64,000 nucleotides of DNA, from assembly GCF_009914755.1 (NCBI RefSeq), contig NC_060936.1; one strand, 5' to 3'. Positions 14,354 through 28,468 of the stretch are shown in pieces. The stretch comes from the human T2T-CHM13v2.0 reference genome, Homo sapiens. Made by a program: the position numbers and the translations under genes. The notes beneath the pieces are model-generated. The model saw only the letters and a program-made list of their open reading frames with translations. It made no database searches and was not told where the DNA came from. Numbering within the stretch: position 1 is the stretch's first letter; every line of letters begins with the position of its first letter.

Positions 14354-14803
14354 TGAGGTAGAAGATCAGTAGGTTGTGTTTTCATGACAGGATGTAGCAA
14401 AGACACCAGCTAAAACCAGCTTGGACTAGGAATGATAATGCATTTGCATGCTATGGGACACTGCCACCAGCACCGTGACAGTTTACAGATGCGATGACAA
14501 TGCCCGGATGTTACCTTATAAGGTTCTGGAAATTCTCCGCCCCCTTTCTAGAAACTTTGTGAATAACATGCCCCTTATTTAGCATATACTTAGGAGTAGC
14601 TATGAACATAGCTAGCCAGCAATCCCTCAGTGCTACTCTGCCTATGGAGTATCCCTGCTCTGTCTATGCAGCAGGCACTTAACTGTACACTGTCGTTCTA
14701 ATAAACTTGCTTTCTTTTACCGTTGGCTTGCTCTTGAATTCTTTCCTGAGCAAACCTAAGAACCCTCTGAGATGAGCCCTAATTTGGGGGTTCGCTTGCA
14801 TCA
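14354..14803 (+). mobile_element. MER41-family (ERV1) solo LTR
   Basis: TG...CA ends, near-TSD tcat/tcac, MER41 motif gacactgccaccagcaccgtgacagtttaca, aataaacttgctttc. Confidence 0.75.
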
Positions 14804-16099
14804 TCACTAATCAATCACAGCATTCTCACTGAGGTGGGACCAGGTCTCAGATTCCCTGTGAACACCTGAGCCCATGTTGACACAACCAATTTATCAGAGT
14901 TAACAGGGTAGCTGGACACTCTCTCTAGAGGCAAGAGGCAGAAAGTGAATTTGGGGAAGGTGACTACTAGGTAAATCAGTAGAAGAAGGGAGGGCTGAGG
15001 GGCGTCTTCATTGTGCTTCAAACCTCCAAAGTTGGGATCATTCTGCAAGATGATTTCTTCATTGCTCAAAATCAGTTTGCATTTCCCTGGGTATAACCAC
15101 ACTCCTGGGTCTGGCAAGCAAGCAGGTGATACAACAGTGTCAATTAAATACTGTTTCTATTACTAGAATGGAGAAGAATACACTTTCCCCCTTATATTAC
15201 CTTTTTATTGACTCAAATAAAAACCATCCAGAAAACAATTGCCCTCCATTAAACATAAGTATTCAGTCACATAAATGAGCAAGGTATTATGATGTGCTAC
15301 ATTAATGGAGGCAATCAAAAGTGAAAAGGAGGAAATAAGTAACCAAGCACAGGTGTCATCATAACAAATTCACCAAGAGCAGAAGTGAGTGGTCCAAGTT
15401 AGATAAGGGATTCACAGAACAGCATCCCTGGAAGAGGTCATGGGTGGCAGATCCCAATGCAACCACTCTGCCTTTGGGTGGAGAATTGCATCTTGCAAAA
15501 TTGGACCTCTATAGCTGACTTTTAAGGACAAAGATTGTTAGGTGTGCCCTCTGCAGGGAATAAATCACATAGCCGTCTTGTCTTTTCTTCTATAAAATAA
15601 AAGGAACACAATGGGGGTTTTGCTGTAGCAGAGTGTACGGTGCCATGCTCAGAGCTTGAGCAAGGTAAGAGTCAAAGATGTAGCTTCCCTCTTGCTTTGA
15701 TACGGACACATTCCAAAGCCCTAGCAAAATGCATGGGTTTCAGTTAGTGCTGGTTTGCTGTAGTTTGGGTTTTAGGCAAGGGATGGGTATTATCATTGGA
15801 TATTACTGGAATATTCCTTCCTAGTGTGATCTATCTAATACCAGGTCCCATGCTTTGAAGCACATTTATCAGCTTTCAACCAGGAGTCCTGTTCTGTTTA
15901 TCCCTGAACTGTGAGTACAATATTACTGAATTTATACTGCTTTGTTTGAACCAATTTACTACTTATCTTTATTTATTTCACAGAAGATCCTGAATAGTTC
16001 TCACTAAAGTCAATAAATTTTTTATTCCATATGCATGTAAGCCATAATATTTGCAAATGCTCTTTCTAGACTGCATCTCCATAGTTTTGCAAAGTACAT

Positions 16100-16193
16100 T
16101 TTTAAAAATTATTTATTTATTTATTTATTATTATTATACTTTAAGTTTTAGGGTACATATGCACAACATGCAGGTTTGTTACATATGTATACA
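16100..16193 (-). mobile_element. Extremely 5'-truncated L1PA (3' terminus and tail only)
   Basis: ttatactttaagttttagggtacatatgcacaacatgcaggtttgttaca; TSD caaagtacat at 16090-16099 and 16192-16201. Confidence 0.9.
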
Positions 16194-16230
16194 AAGTACA
16201 TATTTTTTCTGAAGCAAGAAGATTCATATA

Positions 16231-16620
16231 CAGTTGACCCTTGAACAACACAGGTTTGAACTGCACGGGTCCACTTATACATGCATTTTCTTCCGTCTCT
16301 GCCACCCTGAGACAGCAAGACCAACCCCTCCTCTTCTTCCCCAGTCTACTCAATGTGAAGACCTTTATAATGATCCACTTCCACTTAATGAATACAAAAA
16401 TGTATTATTTCTCTTTTTTGTAATTTTCTTAAGATCTTTTTTCTCGAGTTTATTTTGTGTTAAGAATACAGCGTATAATACATATACAAAATATGTGTTA
16501 ATTTACTGTTTTTGTTATTGGTAAGGCTTCTGGTCAACAGTAGGCTATTGGTAGTTAAGTTTTTGAGAATTTTTGACTGTACTGGGGGTCAGCGCCAGTG
16601 CATTGTTCAAGAGTCAACTG
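16231..16620 (+). mobile_element. Tigger2a/MER28-type Tc1-mariner MITE
   Basis: TIRs cagttgacccttgaacaa / ttgttcaagagtcaactg, flanked by TA. Confidence 0.9.
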
Positions 16621-17221
16621 TATGTATATGCATATACCTTTATACCTATGTGTGTAATATGGATACACACGTGCCACATATACTTTTCCTAATGGAAATT
16701 TTTAATTTAAGAAACCGTGATTTTTCAAGAAGGACCAAAAGCAACTCAGCTTATTTTGTTTTCTGGGAACAACTTTGAATAATCTCTGATTCCTAACCCT
16801 ATCTTTTTCTATTTACTCAATGCAGGAAAAATGCAGGAAAAGATGAATATTTTAATCTTGTTTGCCATCTTCAATCTGGGTAGTGACAGTCACATTTAAT
16901 ATTTGCTACCTGGATCCTAGAGGACTCTGGTTGGATGAGACTCTGGCAATGCCTCTTTTAGGTGTCAATGATGATAAATATGGCAAAAGAGTCTCAGATC
17001 TTTGAAGAGCAGGTCAAAACAGGAGTCCAAAGAGAGTGGATTTGGGAGTGTGGGAGCTACAGCTGTTATCCTACCTGATCAAATGATTTCCAAAGGACTC
17101 CTTTCTCCCAACTTGCCCTAGGATTCTTTGAAAGAATCTACAGATTCAAAGTGAGAAAATTATCTTACTTTGGTTGTATTTAATGATTCTTTTAGACCTC
17201 AACTATCCTTTCCATTCTAAT

Positions 17222-17800
17222 AATAGCGTACATTTATACAGCACTCACTGTGTTCCAGAAACTAAGTACTCCAAAGTTATTTAATTTTCACAACAGCACA
17301 TGAGATACTGTTACGGGCTTTGTTCTCTAGGAGTAATGAATAACTGAGGCACAGAGAGGTCAAATAACTTATATGGTTGGCTATGTCCCCACCCAAATCT
17401 CATCTTGAATTGTAGTCCTCATAATTCCCACATGTTGTGGGAGGGACCCGATGCGAGGTAATTGAATCATGGGGGTGGCTCCCCCATGCTGTTTTCATGA
17501 TAGTGAGTTCTCATGAGATTTGATGGTTTTATATGCATCTGGCATTTCCTCTGCTGGCACTCATTCTCTCTCCCGCTGCCCTGTGAATAGGTGTCTTCTG
17601 CCTTGATTGTAAGTTTCCTGAGGCCTCCCTCCCCAGACATGCAGAATTGTGAGTCAATGAAATCTCTTTTCTTTATAAATTACCCAGCCTCAGGTATTCC
17701 CTTATAGCAATGTGAGAACAAACTAATATAGTAACTTTCCCAGGTTCTCACAGCACATAAGAGGCAAAGTCAGGCTCAGAAACCAGGGCTGCACTGCTGA
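17222..17800 (-). mobile_element. MIR split by an MST LTR
   Basis: aactgaggcacagagaggtcaaataact [LTR] ttcccaggttctcacagc. Confidence 0.7.
17370..17730 (+). mobile_element. MSTA/THE1-type solo LTR
   Basis: atatggttggctatgtccccacccaaatctcatcttgaattgta...gagaacaaactaatata. Confidence 0.92.
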
Positions 17801-18323
17801 CATCCCCAGCCCTGATGCTGCTTCAGGAACTATTACCACTTCCATATCTGCCCCTTGGATGAGGCTGCCCCACTGCCATTTTGGAGTCCCTTCATTATGT
17901 CCCCAGCTTCTGGCTGAAAGCTTACAGGGTCATATCTTGCAAGGAGTCCAGCTCCTGGACTTATGCCCTGGTTTGAGGAGAGCTAGCGGAGGTAGGTCCC
18001 CTAATGTGACAGGCAGCATACCTTGCCTAAGTCAGAGGTGTCCCTAAACACAGCAAAGGGGAAGGGCACTAAAAACACAGATGTCCTTGGCACTACAATG
18101 ATATGCCATAATATTTTTCATGTAAGGAAAGAGGTTGACTTTAACACCCTCTTAGCATCTTCCAACATGATAATCATGATGATAACATCAACACTTAGCA
18201 TTGGTTATGTGTCACTCCTCTTTTAAAGGTGATGAGCCTGTCAGCTGGTTGTTGTTGTCATGGTGCCCATCTTACCAATGAGAAGGTAGGCATTGTGTCC
18301 ACAACTTGCAGGTAGAATGTAAT

Positions 18324-18675
18324 TGATATGCTTTGGCTGTGTCCCCACCCAAATCTCACATTGAATTGTAATAATTTCCATGTGTCAAGGGTGGGGCCAG
18401 GTGGAGAAAATTGAATCATGGGAGTGGCTTTCTCCCATACTGTTCTAGTGGTAGTGAATAAGTCTCATGAGATCTGGTGGTTTTATAAATGAGAGTCCCC
18501 CTACACACGCTCTCTTGCCTGCTGCCATGTAAGACATAACTTTGTTCCTCCTTTGCCTTCCACCATGACTGTGAGGCCTTCCCAGCCATGTGAACTGTGA
18601 GTCAAACCTCTTTCTGTTGTAAATTACCCAGTCTCGGGTATGTCTTTATTAGCAGTGTGAGAACAGACTAATACA
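18324..18675 (+). mobile_element. THE1 solo LTR
   Basis: tgatatg...gaacagactaataca; near-TSD gtaat/gtaac. Confidence 0.93.
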
Positions 18676-19262
18676 GTAACGGTGTCAGCATTCTAACCCA
18701 GAACCCCTAGCTCAGAGGCCAGGTTCCAATCCCTGAGCCATAAGGAAGCTCCCTGGCATCCCTTTTGCCTTTGCTTGTCTTGAGGATATAGTCTCACCAT
18801 AGGCCTCTCCCCCAGACAGACATAAAGGGCATTTTTCTCTTTCAGCTCCCTCATTACAATCTCCAGAAATTTCCCTTTGATGTACTATGTCAATATGTTA
18901 TTAATTTCATCAATTGCACAGAGTGCATTTTGTCTCCCTAGTCATAAAGAGCCAAACTGCAGCCATCAGCTGTTCATTAAAGATTCCCTAATGAAGTTTA
19001 TCAGCATGCTTACATATTAATACCTAGGATGAAACTGCATCATAAATTCAACAAAGGTGGTGAGGAATAGGTTACCTTCACATAAAAATCGACTGAATTG
19101 TAGGATAGAGGGTAAGTAGACTTAGTTCATCAGGTTAAAACAGAATCTACGTTGTAAGAAAAGGGTTTGGCATAAACATTAATGTTGATTTAGAGCACCC
19201 AGAAAGTCCTCATTTTTTTTGCACTTTCCACAGTTGTAATCAATTGATGTTGTGTCATCTCC

Positions 19263-19754
19263 TGTGGTAGGTAGAATAATGAATGTCCATATTTTGGATG
19301 CCCCAAAGATGTCTACATCCTAATCTCTGCAACCTGTCAAAATTTGATCTTACATTACAAGAGGGACTTTGCAAATGTGATTAAACAAGGATCTCGAGAT
19401 GGGAAGATTATTCTGTATTATCTTGGCAAGTCCAATATAATCACAGGGCTCTTATAAGTGAAAGAGGGAGGCATGTAAGAACTAGAGACAGAGATGTGAT
19501 AATGGAAGCAGAGGTTGGAATGATGCTGCCATGAGCCAAGGAATGTGAGTGTCTCTAGGAGCTGGAAAAGGAAAGGAAATGGACTCTCATCTGGAGCCTC
19601 CAGAAGGAATGCAGCCCCATCAACACCTTATTTTTAGCTCTAGGTGACCCATTTCAGACTTCTGACTTCCAGATCTATGAAATAATATATTTGTGTTGTT
19701 GTGAGCTTCTGTGCTTATGGTCATTTGTTACAGCAGCAATAAGAAACTGAAACA
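19263..19754 (+). mobile_element. MLT1D-like solo LTR
   Basis: tgtggtaggtagaataatg...gggactttgcaaatgtgattaa...ggagcctccagaagg...tttgttacagcagcaataagaaactgaaaca. Confidence 0.85.
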
Positions 19755-20294
19755 TTCTTCCTAAGGGTAAGTTCTCCAAGGGCAGGGGACTTGGCTTCTC
19801 TAATAAGTTTCTATAAACTGCTGGCCAAGGATAGTCCTTAGACAATAATAAGTATTATAACATATTGTGTGGAGTGAATAAACATATGAGTGAATGAATA
19901 GATTCTAAAATATTTTAAGCATCCCTAACTGTATACCCACCTAACTAACAAAACTGGCTTGGCTTTGGCCCAGTGAATAGGTGGCCTATTCAGACATTGA
20001 TCTAAGCATTGAGACCCCATCTACTGACCTTTGGAATTGCTTCCATCTCCCTTCATTCCAGGCAAGTTTGGTGTAATTTTCTATTGAATGCCCATAGCAT
20101 GCTTTATTAATCTATTACAGTATTCACAGTGAGATGGTACAAAGTTTTAGAATTCACTCTATACAGATACATAAATCTCTGAATTGATAGAGCTGTTAGA
20201 AACTATTTGCCAACTTCTCCAGAAGCATGAGACATACTGGATCTTTGGAAAAGTGATTAAGCACCCAGGTAGAAAAGGGTCCTCAGGCATTGCA

Positions 20295-20645
20295 TTTTTA
20301 AAATTAATTATTATGGGTACATAACAGTTGTATATGTTTATGAGGTCCATGCGATGTTTTGATACAAGCATACAATATGTAATGATCAGACCAGGGTAAC
20401 TGGGGTATCAATCCCCTCAGGCGTTTATCATTTCTTTGTGTTAGGAACATTCCAATTCCATTTTTTTGGTTATTTTTAAACACACAATAAATTATTGTTA
20501 ACTATAGTCACCCTATTTTGCTACTGCATACTGGATCTTATTGATTCCATTTAACTTTATTTTTGTACCCATTGACCATCCCCACTATCTCCCTTCTTCC
20601 CTGATACACTTCCCAGCCTCTGATCATCATCATTTTACTCTCCAC
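20295..20645 (-). mobile_element. L1MA-type 3' end
   Basis: tgttttgatacaagcatacaat...cagggtaactggggtatc...ttaactatagtcaccct. Confidence 0.85.
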
Positions 20646-21407
20646 AGGTACTTTTGTTATGCTGCAAATCCCCACAGGTGGAGGAATTTCTGCAAACGCT
20701 GTTCCTATTTGCCCCACACAACTTTGCATTTCGAGAGTGTAGCCACATCCCTCAAGTCTAACGAGTGAGTGGCAAGGGATGTCCCTAACCAACCATTAAA
20801 ACAATTATAGGTTGTTTCTTTACTCTGGAGAGTAGAGTACCATTTATTTTCCCCTAGATTACCACTTTATGTATTCAAACAAAGGCCACCCCAGAAAACA
20901 CAGATTCACTTTAAATTAAACATAAATTGCAGTGCACATAGAATGAGCAAGACATTAAAATGTAGCATATTGATCAGAGCAATCAAAAATACAAAACTGG
21001 AAATAAATACCCAGGGGCAGCTATCATGAGGACAAATTCCCAGGCAGCAATAGGTTGGAGAGAAACAGGGAACACTGAACCAGGCCAGAGCAAACTTGCA
21101 GAAGACTATGGGCCTTGAGGCAAAAAGCACCTGCTCTGCCTGGGATGAGTCCTCAGAATCACCTTTTGCAAAATGCATCTTTATAAATTATCTTTAAAGA
21201 AAAGGCTTGTTAGGGACACATTCTGTTGTGAATACATCTTTAGCTGTCATTTTTATTTTTATTTTTCCTTTTCCTAAAACTAAAGGAAGACAGCAGAAGT
21301 CTGATCCAATCTAGTAGAAGTGCTTTTTGCTCTCACCAAGTCATTTATAAGGAGAGGAACCCTGAGTGTGACCTGCAGTCTTGAATCCACTCTCAGCCTT
21401 GGCAGTA

Positions 21408-22264
21408 TGTGAAAGTTGATTATAAAAATTGGGTCATTCTTGTCATGCTCAACTAAAATAGAACTGAAAAGCTAGGGGGAAAAGCACACAGGGTACAAAA
21501 TATTGCTCTGAGAATATAATTCTCTGCAAGCCTGACTGATAAAACTGCTAAAACTGCTTGTTGTAACCTGAAGTGTTTCGTCTATAGCTTCTGAGATAAC
21601 CTGCTGCAACTTCAGGACTAATTTTGCCCACCACCCTTGCTCACCAATTGGAGCTTACCAGTTTCCCAAATCCTTACTAGTTGATTTGGTTTGGCTCTGT
21701 GTCCCCACCCAAATCTCATGTTGAATTGTAATCCCCAGTGTCAGAGGAGGGACCTGGTGGGAGGTGATTGGGTCATGAGGGTGGATTTTCCTCTTGCTGC
21801 TCTTGTGATAGTGAGTGAGTTCTCACGAGATCTGGTTGTTTAAAAGTGTGTAGCACTTTCTCTTTCGCTCTCTCTCTCTCCTCCTGGCCATGAGAAGACA
21901 TGCCTGCTTCCCCTTCACCCTCTGCCATGATTTTAAGTTTCCTGAGGCCTCCCTAGCCATGCCTCCTGTAAAGCCTGTGCAACTGTGAACTAATTCATCT
22001 CTTTTCTTCATAAATTACCCAGTTTCAGGGAGTTCTTTATAGCAGTGTGAGAACGGACTAATACACTGGTGCCAACAAACTCTTTCTCAAAGAGGAACAT
22101 GTAACATTTCTTTAAAAAAAACCAAACAAACCTGTAACCTTTGTTCTTTGGACATATGGAAGACCACACAGTCTATGCGTATGCCTGGAATTACAATTCT
22201 TTCCTTCCCAATAAAGCATTAAATTTAGAGATTCATCTCTACATTTGTTTTTTTGACTTCAACA
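21408..22264 (+). mobile_element. ERV1-type solo LTR (subfamily unresolved) interrupted by an MST LTR
   Basis: tgtgaaagttga...ttgacttcaaca ends, near-TSD agta/agtg, aataaa at about 22210. Confidence 0.7.
21682..22065 (+). mobile_element. MSTA/B solo LTR
   Basis: tgatttggtttggctctgtgtcccc...gaacggactaataca; near-TSD ctagt/ctggt. Confidence 0.93.
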
Positions 22265-22527
22265 AGTGGAAAAGGGGGGCATAAACTCCATGGACCAAGT
22301 CAAACATCTGTGAATTCACCTGCCCTTCTTCTTATGATTTCACTCACCTTGGGCCAGCGATGCTGTTCAGGAATATACGAATTCTTGAAGTGACCTCATT
22401 TGCAGTTTAAATCTCCACTTCCGTCACCTACCAAACTTTACGGATTCTGTTTGCTAGTTTATTTCATCCTTTCTTTGCAACCAAAGGCTGAGCTGACAGT
22501 AGAAGATGCATCAGAAACTCACAGTAA

Positions 22528-23198
<671 letters not shown>

Positions 23199-23985
23199 TA
23201 ATTGTCATCTTGGAAACACTCACTGATGTTTTATGAGGGTGAACTCCTGTGGCCTGAGAGGGAAGAACTCTGTTGGGATGCAGCATAGAGAAGAGTTGAT
23301 GGGGAGGCAGATACTCTTCTGTTTTCTAGTTCTGCTGTTGCTCAGGGTATCACAGTGTGTCTCATCATCTGGCAGGAGCCCCCATCACTCTACTGCAGCT
23401 GATGGAGGGGCTGACTCCTAACCAGTGCCCACCAGTGAATCCTTCGCATGGGTCCACAGCCTTGTAACAGGTTTGGGGTTTCCAGCCTGTGAGTTTTCTG
23501 TGAGTGCTAATCTGCAACCCAGGAGGCAGCTGGGGAGAGAAATTTCTGCTCAGATCAGTTTGTAGGGGAGGAGGATGAGTCAACCACAGTCTCTCATAAA
23601 TGCTTCTAGGAGAGGAAATGTGTGCAGCCTCTTTTGATGTGGAAATGGTAAATATCCATTATAAGCCTTACACATTTTGGAAAACCTTTGAGCCAGAAAT
23701 TTTACATCTAGGAAATTATCCTGGAAGTAATTAGAAAAGTTATCAACCATGATATCCAAAATCATGCATATCATAGTAGTAGTAATAGTGACATGTATGA
23801 AACAGCTTAAATATCCAATAGTTAAATAGTTAAATATAGTCTAGCTTTACATGGGAATTTAATGAAGACACTTAAAAATGCTGAAAAAATATAATGATAT
23901 GGAGAAATGGCAATTACATATAGTTAAAGTTAAATCAGGCTACAGTGTAACATGCACAGCTTGCTTAAAAAATCTATAGCATATA

Positions 23986-24015
<30 letters not shown>

Positions 24016-24016
<1 letters not shown>

Positions 24017-24228
24017 GGTTTTGGATAACAGGTGGTGTTTGGTTACATGAATAAGTCCTTTAGTGGTGATTGCTGAGATGTTGGTGCACCCATCACCCAA
24101 GCAGTGTACACTGTATCCAATGTGTAGTTTTTTATCCCTCACCCTGCTCTCACCCTTTCCCCTAAGTACCCAAAGTCCACTGTATCATTCTTATGTCTTT
24201 GCATCCTCATAGCTTAGCTCCCTACTTT
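24016..24228 (-). mobile_element. L1PB-type 3' end with (TA)n tail
   Basis: aggtggtgtttggttacatgaataagt...ggtgcacccatcacccaagcagtgtacact. Confidence 0.85.
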
Positions 24229-24434
24229 AATATATTTTTGAATGAGATAGAGTGTTCTTTATATATCATATTGATTCATACTTTAACCTTAAAATTGTAC
24301 TAGAACAGCATGATGGTTTTAGAAAAAATAATGACTGAAGCTATATATAATTTCTTATTATATATATTATAATTATATATATTATATATATTTCTTATTA
24401 AAGCAAGCTTACTTCCTTATACTTAAAAAAAACA

Positions 24435-25290
24435 AGATTTAAAAATAATTATAGACTTGCAGAAAGTTTGAAAGAAACATAGAGGGAGGTCCCAGACAAC
24501 CTTCACCCAGCCCGCCCTGATATTAAGATAATTGTACAACTGTAATACAGCACCAAAATAAAAAAGCTGGCATTGGTCTAATTCACAGTTTGTTCAGGTT
24601 TCACAAGTTATACATGCATTCTGCAGATGTGTGCATGTGTGTGCCTGAAATTGTATCACATGTATACTTTCGTATACTCACCACCACAATTGATCACCGT
24701 ATGTAAATGTACTTTGCCACAGGGTGCCCTCCTGCTAGTCCTCAGACCCTTCCTCTCTTATACCTCCATCCCTTACCCCTGGCAATCACTAATCTGTTCT
24801 CATCTTTGTAATTATGTTATTCGCAAATATAGATGGAGTCATGCAGTATGTGTCCTTTTGAGATTGGCTTTTTCACTCACAGTAATTTCCTTGATGTTCA
24901 TCCAAGTTGTTGAATGTGTCAGTAATTTATTTCTTTTTATTTCTGAATTGTGTTCTATAGTATGGCTGTGCCACAGATTAATCAACCATTCACCCATTAA
25001 AGGACATCTGGGTAGTTTTCAGTCTGGGGCTATTATGAATAAAGCTGCTATGAACACTAGTGTACAAGTTTCTGCATAGAAATCAGTTTGCATTTCTTTG
25101 AAAAAACGAAAAAACCCAAAACACTCAAGAATGCAATTGCCAGGTCATATGGTAAGTCTACATTCAATTTAAAGATGAACCACCAAACTATTTTTCAGAG
25201 CAGGTTTTCCATTTTACATTCGCCCCAGCAATGTATGGACGACCGAGTGATCCAGTTTCTCTACATCCTCCTTAGAATGTGATATTCAGT
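24435..25290 (-). mobile_element. L1MC/MB-type 3' region
   Basis: ggcaatcactaatctgttct...ggctttttcactca...attatgaataaagctgctatgaaca...ccattttacattc. Confidence 0.8.
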
Positions 25291-27129
25291 GTACTTCTTT
25301 AATGCATATGTTTTCATAAGAAAAAAAGAAAAGAAAGACTGAAACGACGCTCACTAAAAGTGGTTAACCACAGTGGGTTGTAGGATTGGTAGACTGGAAA
25401 TCATTTTTCTTTTTTCCTCCATGAATTTTCTACTGTGAATATAGATGGCTTTTGTACTTCGGGGAAAAAAGTTATGGTTTTATTCAAGAAAGTATTGGGA
25501 CATGATTGGCCTAGGGCCATGAATGAGATTAACCTTGGAAATCAAGGGTCTGTAGAGATTGAAATGTGCATGTTACTACCAGTTTATGCAGCGTGGATCC
25601 TTCCCCAGGTGATCTATTTGAAGTAAATAATTTGAATTTGATCTCTATTAATTATATTCATGTTTTACTGTTGCTGTGGGAAAAAATAATTTTAACTTAA
25701 CCAATATCTAACTAAGTAAAACACAGTAAAAGTTAGATTGACATGCTGTGGCAATTATAAATGAGTAAAAATAAGAGATGCTTTGAAAGCCACAATTTTA
25801 GCTGGCAGATGAAGGCAAAATCATCAGCTGGCAGCATATTGGAGCTAAGCTTTCTGAAGGAATCTGTTCATGTTCATTCTGGAATTCAGGGACCATTCTG
25901 AATTTATTGTTCTTTCCAAAACCCCATTTAACCCAAAGGGACACATACAGAGATTATGTTTAATGCTGGTTTTGCTACCATAGCTTAATATTTTAATCTA
26001 TTTTATCCAGAAACAAAGATTTGTAAATTGTACTGTTCTTTATATTTCACTCTACCCATGGAAGTCATTTCAAACTAAGTCTTTTTTTTTTCCTTAATTA
26101 TTAGAATATAATTAATTAGAACTGTGGACAGATCATATTTGCTAATATGCAAATTTTCAGAACTCCTGATGAGTTTGCTGTTGCTGGGTATGACTTTATA
26201 AATGAAAGCCTGACCTCTTAAAACGTATCTCCCAGGCTCCCACTGCAAAAGAGAAAATCAGGCATCATCTGTGAATTTGAGATTTTTTTTCCTGTTTCTC
26301 TGAATCCCTAAAGTCTCTTCTTTCCTTATTCTGGAACCTCATAAAAGTTGCCTGGACAAAGTCTTTGGGGCTGGAGGCTTCTGGACAGTACCCTGTATGG
26401 CGATAGAGACACAAAATGAATGAACAGGCCACCTCTGAAATTCTCCACCTCCACTGTCAGAGGGCAATGGGGAAATGTCAAATATTCTAACCGCACTTTT
26501 CAGTTTTCTGTTGTGTTCCAGTGTCTTGTCATCTTGCTACATAGCAAGTTGGATGGAAGATGCGTTGATGTCTCAGATCCTTTGAGATTTCTGTGCAAAA
26601 GTCCAACTCACCCATGACAGGTGGGAAGAGAGGCATTTATTCCCTTTGGTCCTGCATCTTCCTGAGGCTAAGATAGACCCACATTTTTCACCCTGGAAGA
26701 ATTCAAGTCACAGGAGAGAAAATGTGGCCCCCACAAGTGGCATCCAAATTTCCCTCCCTTCCCCCAGTCTCCAGACCTATTTTGTTATGTGTCTAGGAGC
26801 GGAATGCAGAATGGTTATTTGTTTTGATAAATGTTGTGCCCTTAGCTCAGTCACAGTGTCAGCAGAGTTATCAGGAAGGTTCTTTTGTTGAGTCCGAGTG
26901 GATCTCTTGAGAAAAGTGGGGCCACGGTATCCTGGGTCCTACCACGTCATAAATCTGGCTGGCTTTTCTCAAGCAAAATAGAAATAAATTTGAAAAGGAA
27001 TAAAGATGCACATACCCAGTAACAGGCTGGCTTTCAGTGAAAATAATTTGTGTGCAGTCCTTATTTTTAATCAACAATTAAATATTGAGGAACACAACCT
27101 GTACATGCTACAGGTTGTACAGGATGCCT

Positions 27130-27675
<546 letters not shown>

Positions 27676-27865
27676 CATTAAATGCTATGTTTTAATGTAG
27701 TTCTTGCAACAACACCTAATATAGCCACAGCCCCATCATAATGTATGGAAAGAATTCACTTTTATTTGGGCCAGCTTGCACTTACCTTTTGTGTTGTGGG
27801 GCATCAGAAAAACCTCCTATAGATGTAGGTTGGGAGTTGCCCCCGATCAAGAGTTGCTGCAGAGT

Positions 27866-28468
27866 ACTGTTCAAATAGCAAAGATTTGGAAGCAATCTAC
27901 GTGTCCATCAACAGATGAGTGAATAAAGGAAATGTGGTATTTATACACAATGGAGTACCATCCAACCATAGAAAGGAAGGACAACGTGTCATTTGCAACA
28001 ACATGGATGGAACTGGAGACAATTATGTTAAGTGAAATAAGCCAGGCACAGAAAAACAAACATTGCATATTCTCACTTATTTGTGGGATCTAAAAATCAA
28101 AACAATTGCATTTATGAAAGTAGGGTGTAGAAGAGTAGTTACCAGAGGCTGGGAAGGGTAGTGGGGACTGTGGGAGAGGTGAGGATAGTTAATGGATACC
28201 AAAAAAATGGGAAGAATGAAGAAGACCTAGTATTTGATAGCATAACAGGGTGACTATCATCAATAATAATTTAATTGTGCATTTTAAAAGAACTAAAAGA
28301 ATATGATGGTATTGTTTGTACCACAAAGGATAAATGCTTCAGGGGATGGATACCCCATTTTTCCTGATGTGATTACTACATATCGTATGCCTGTATCAAA
28401 ACATCTCATGTACCCCATAAATATATATACCTGCTACGTATCCACAGCAATTAAAATAAAACATTTTT
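27866..28468 (+). mobile_element. L1MA-type 3' end
   Basis: gtgtccatcaacagatga...acatggatggaactggag...cagggtgactat...taccccataaatatata. Confidence 0.9.

Noticed and set aside
15615-15670. Micro-exon candidate ending CAAG|gtaaga
   Set aside because: Weak acceptor; such donor matches occur by chance at this scale
24340-24400. AT-rich quasi-palindromes
   Set aside because: Low-complexity TA repeat that is trivially self-complementary
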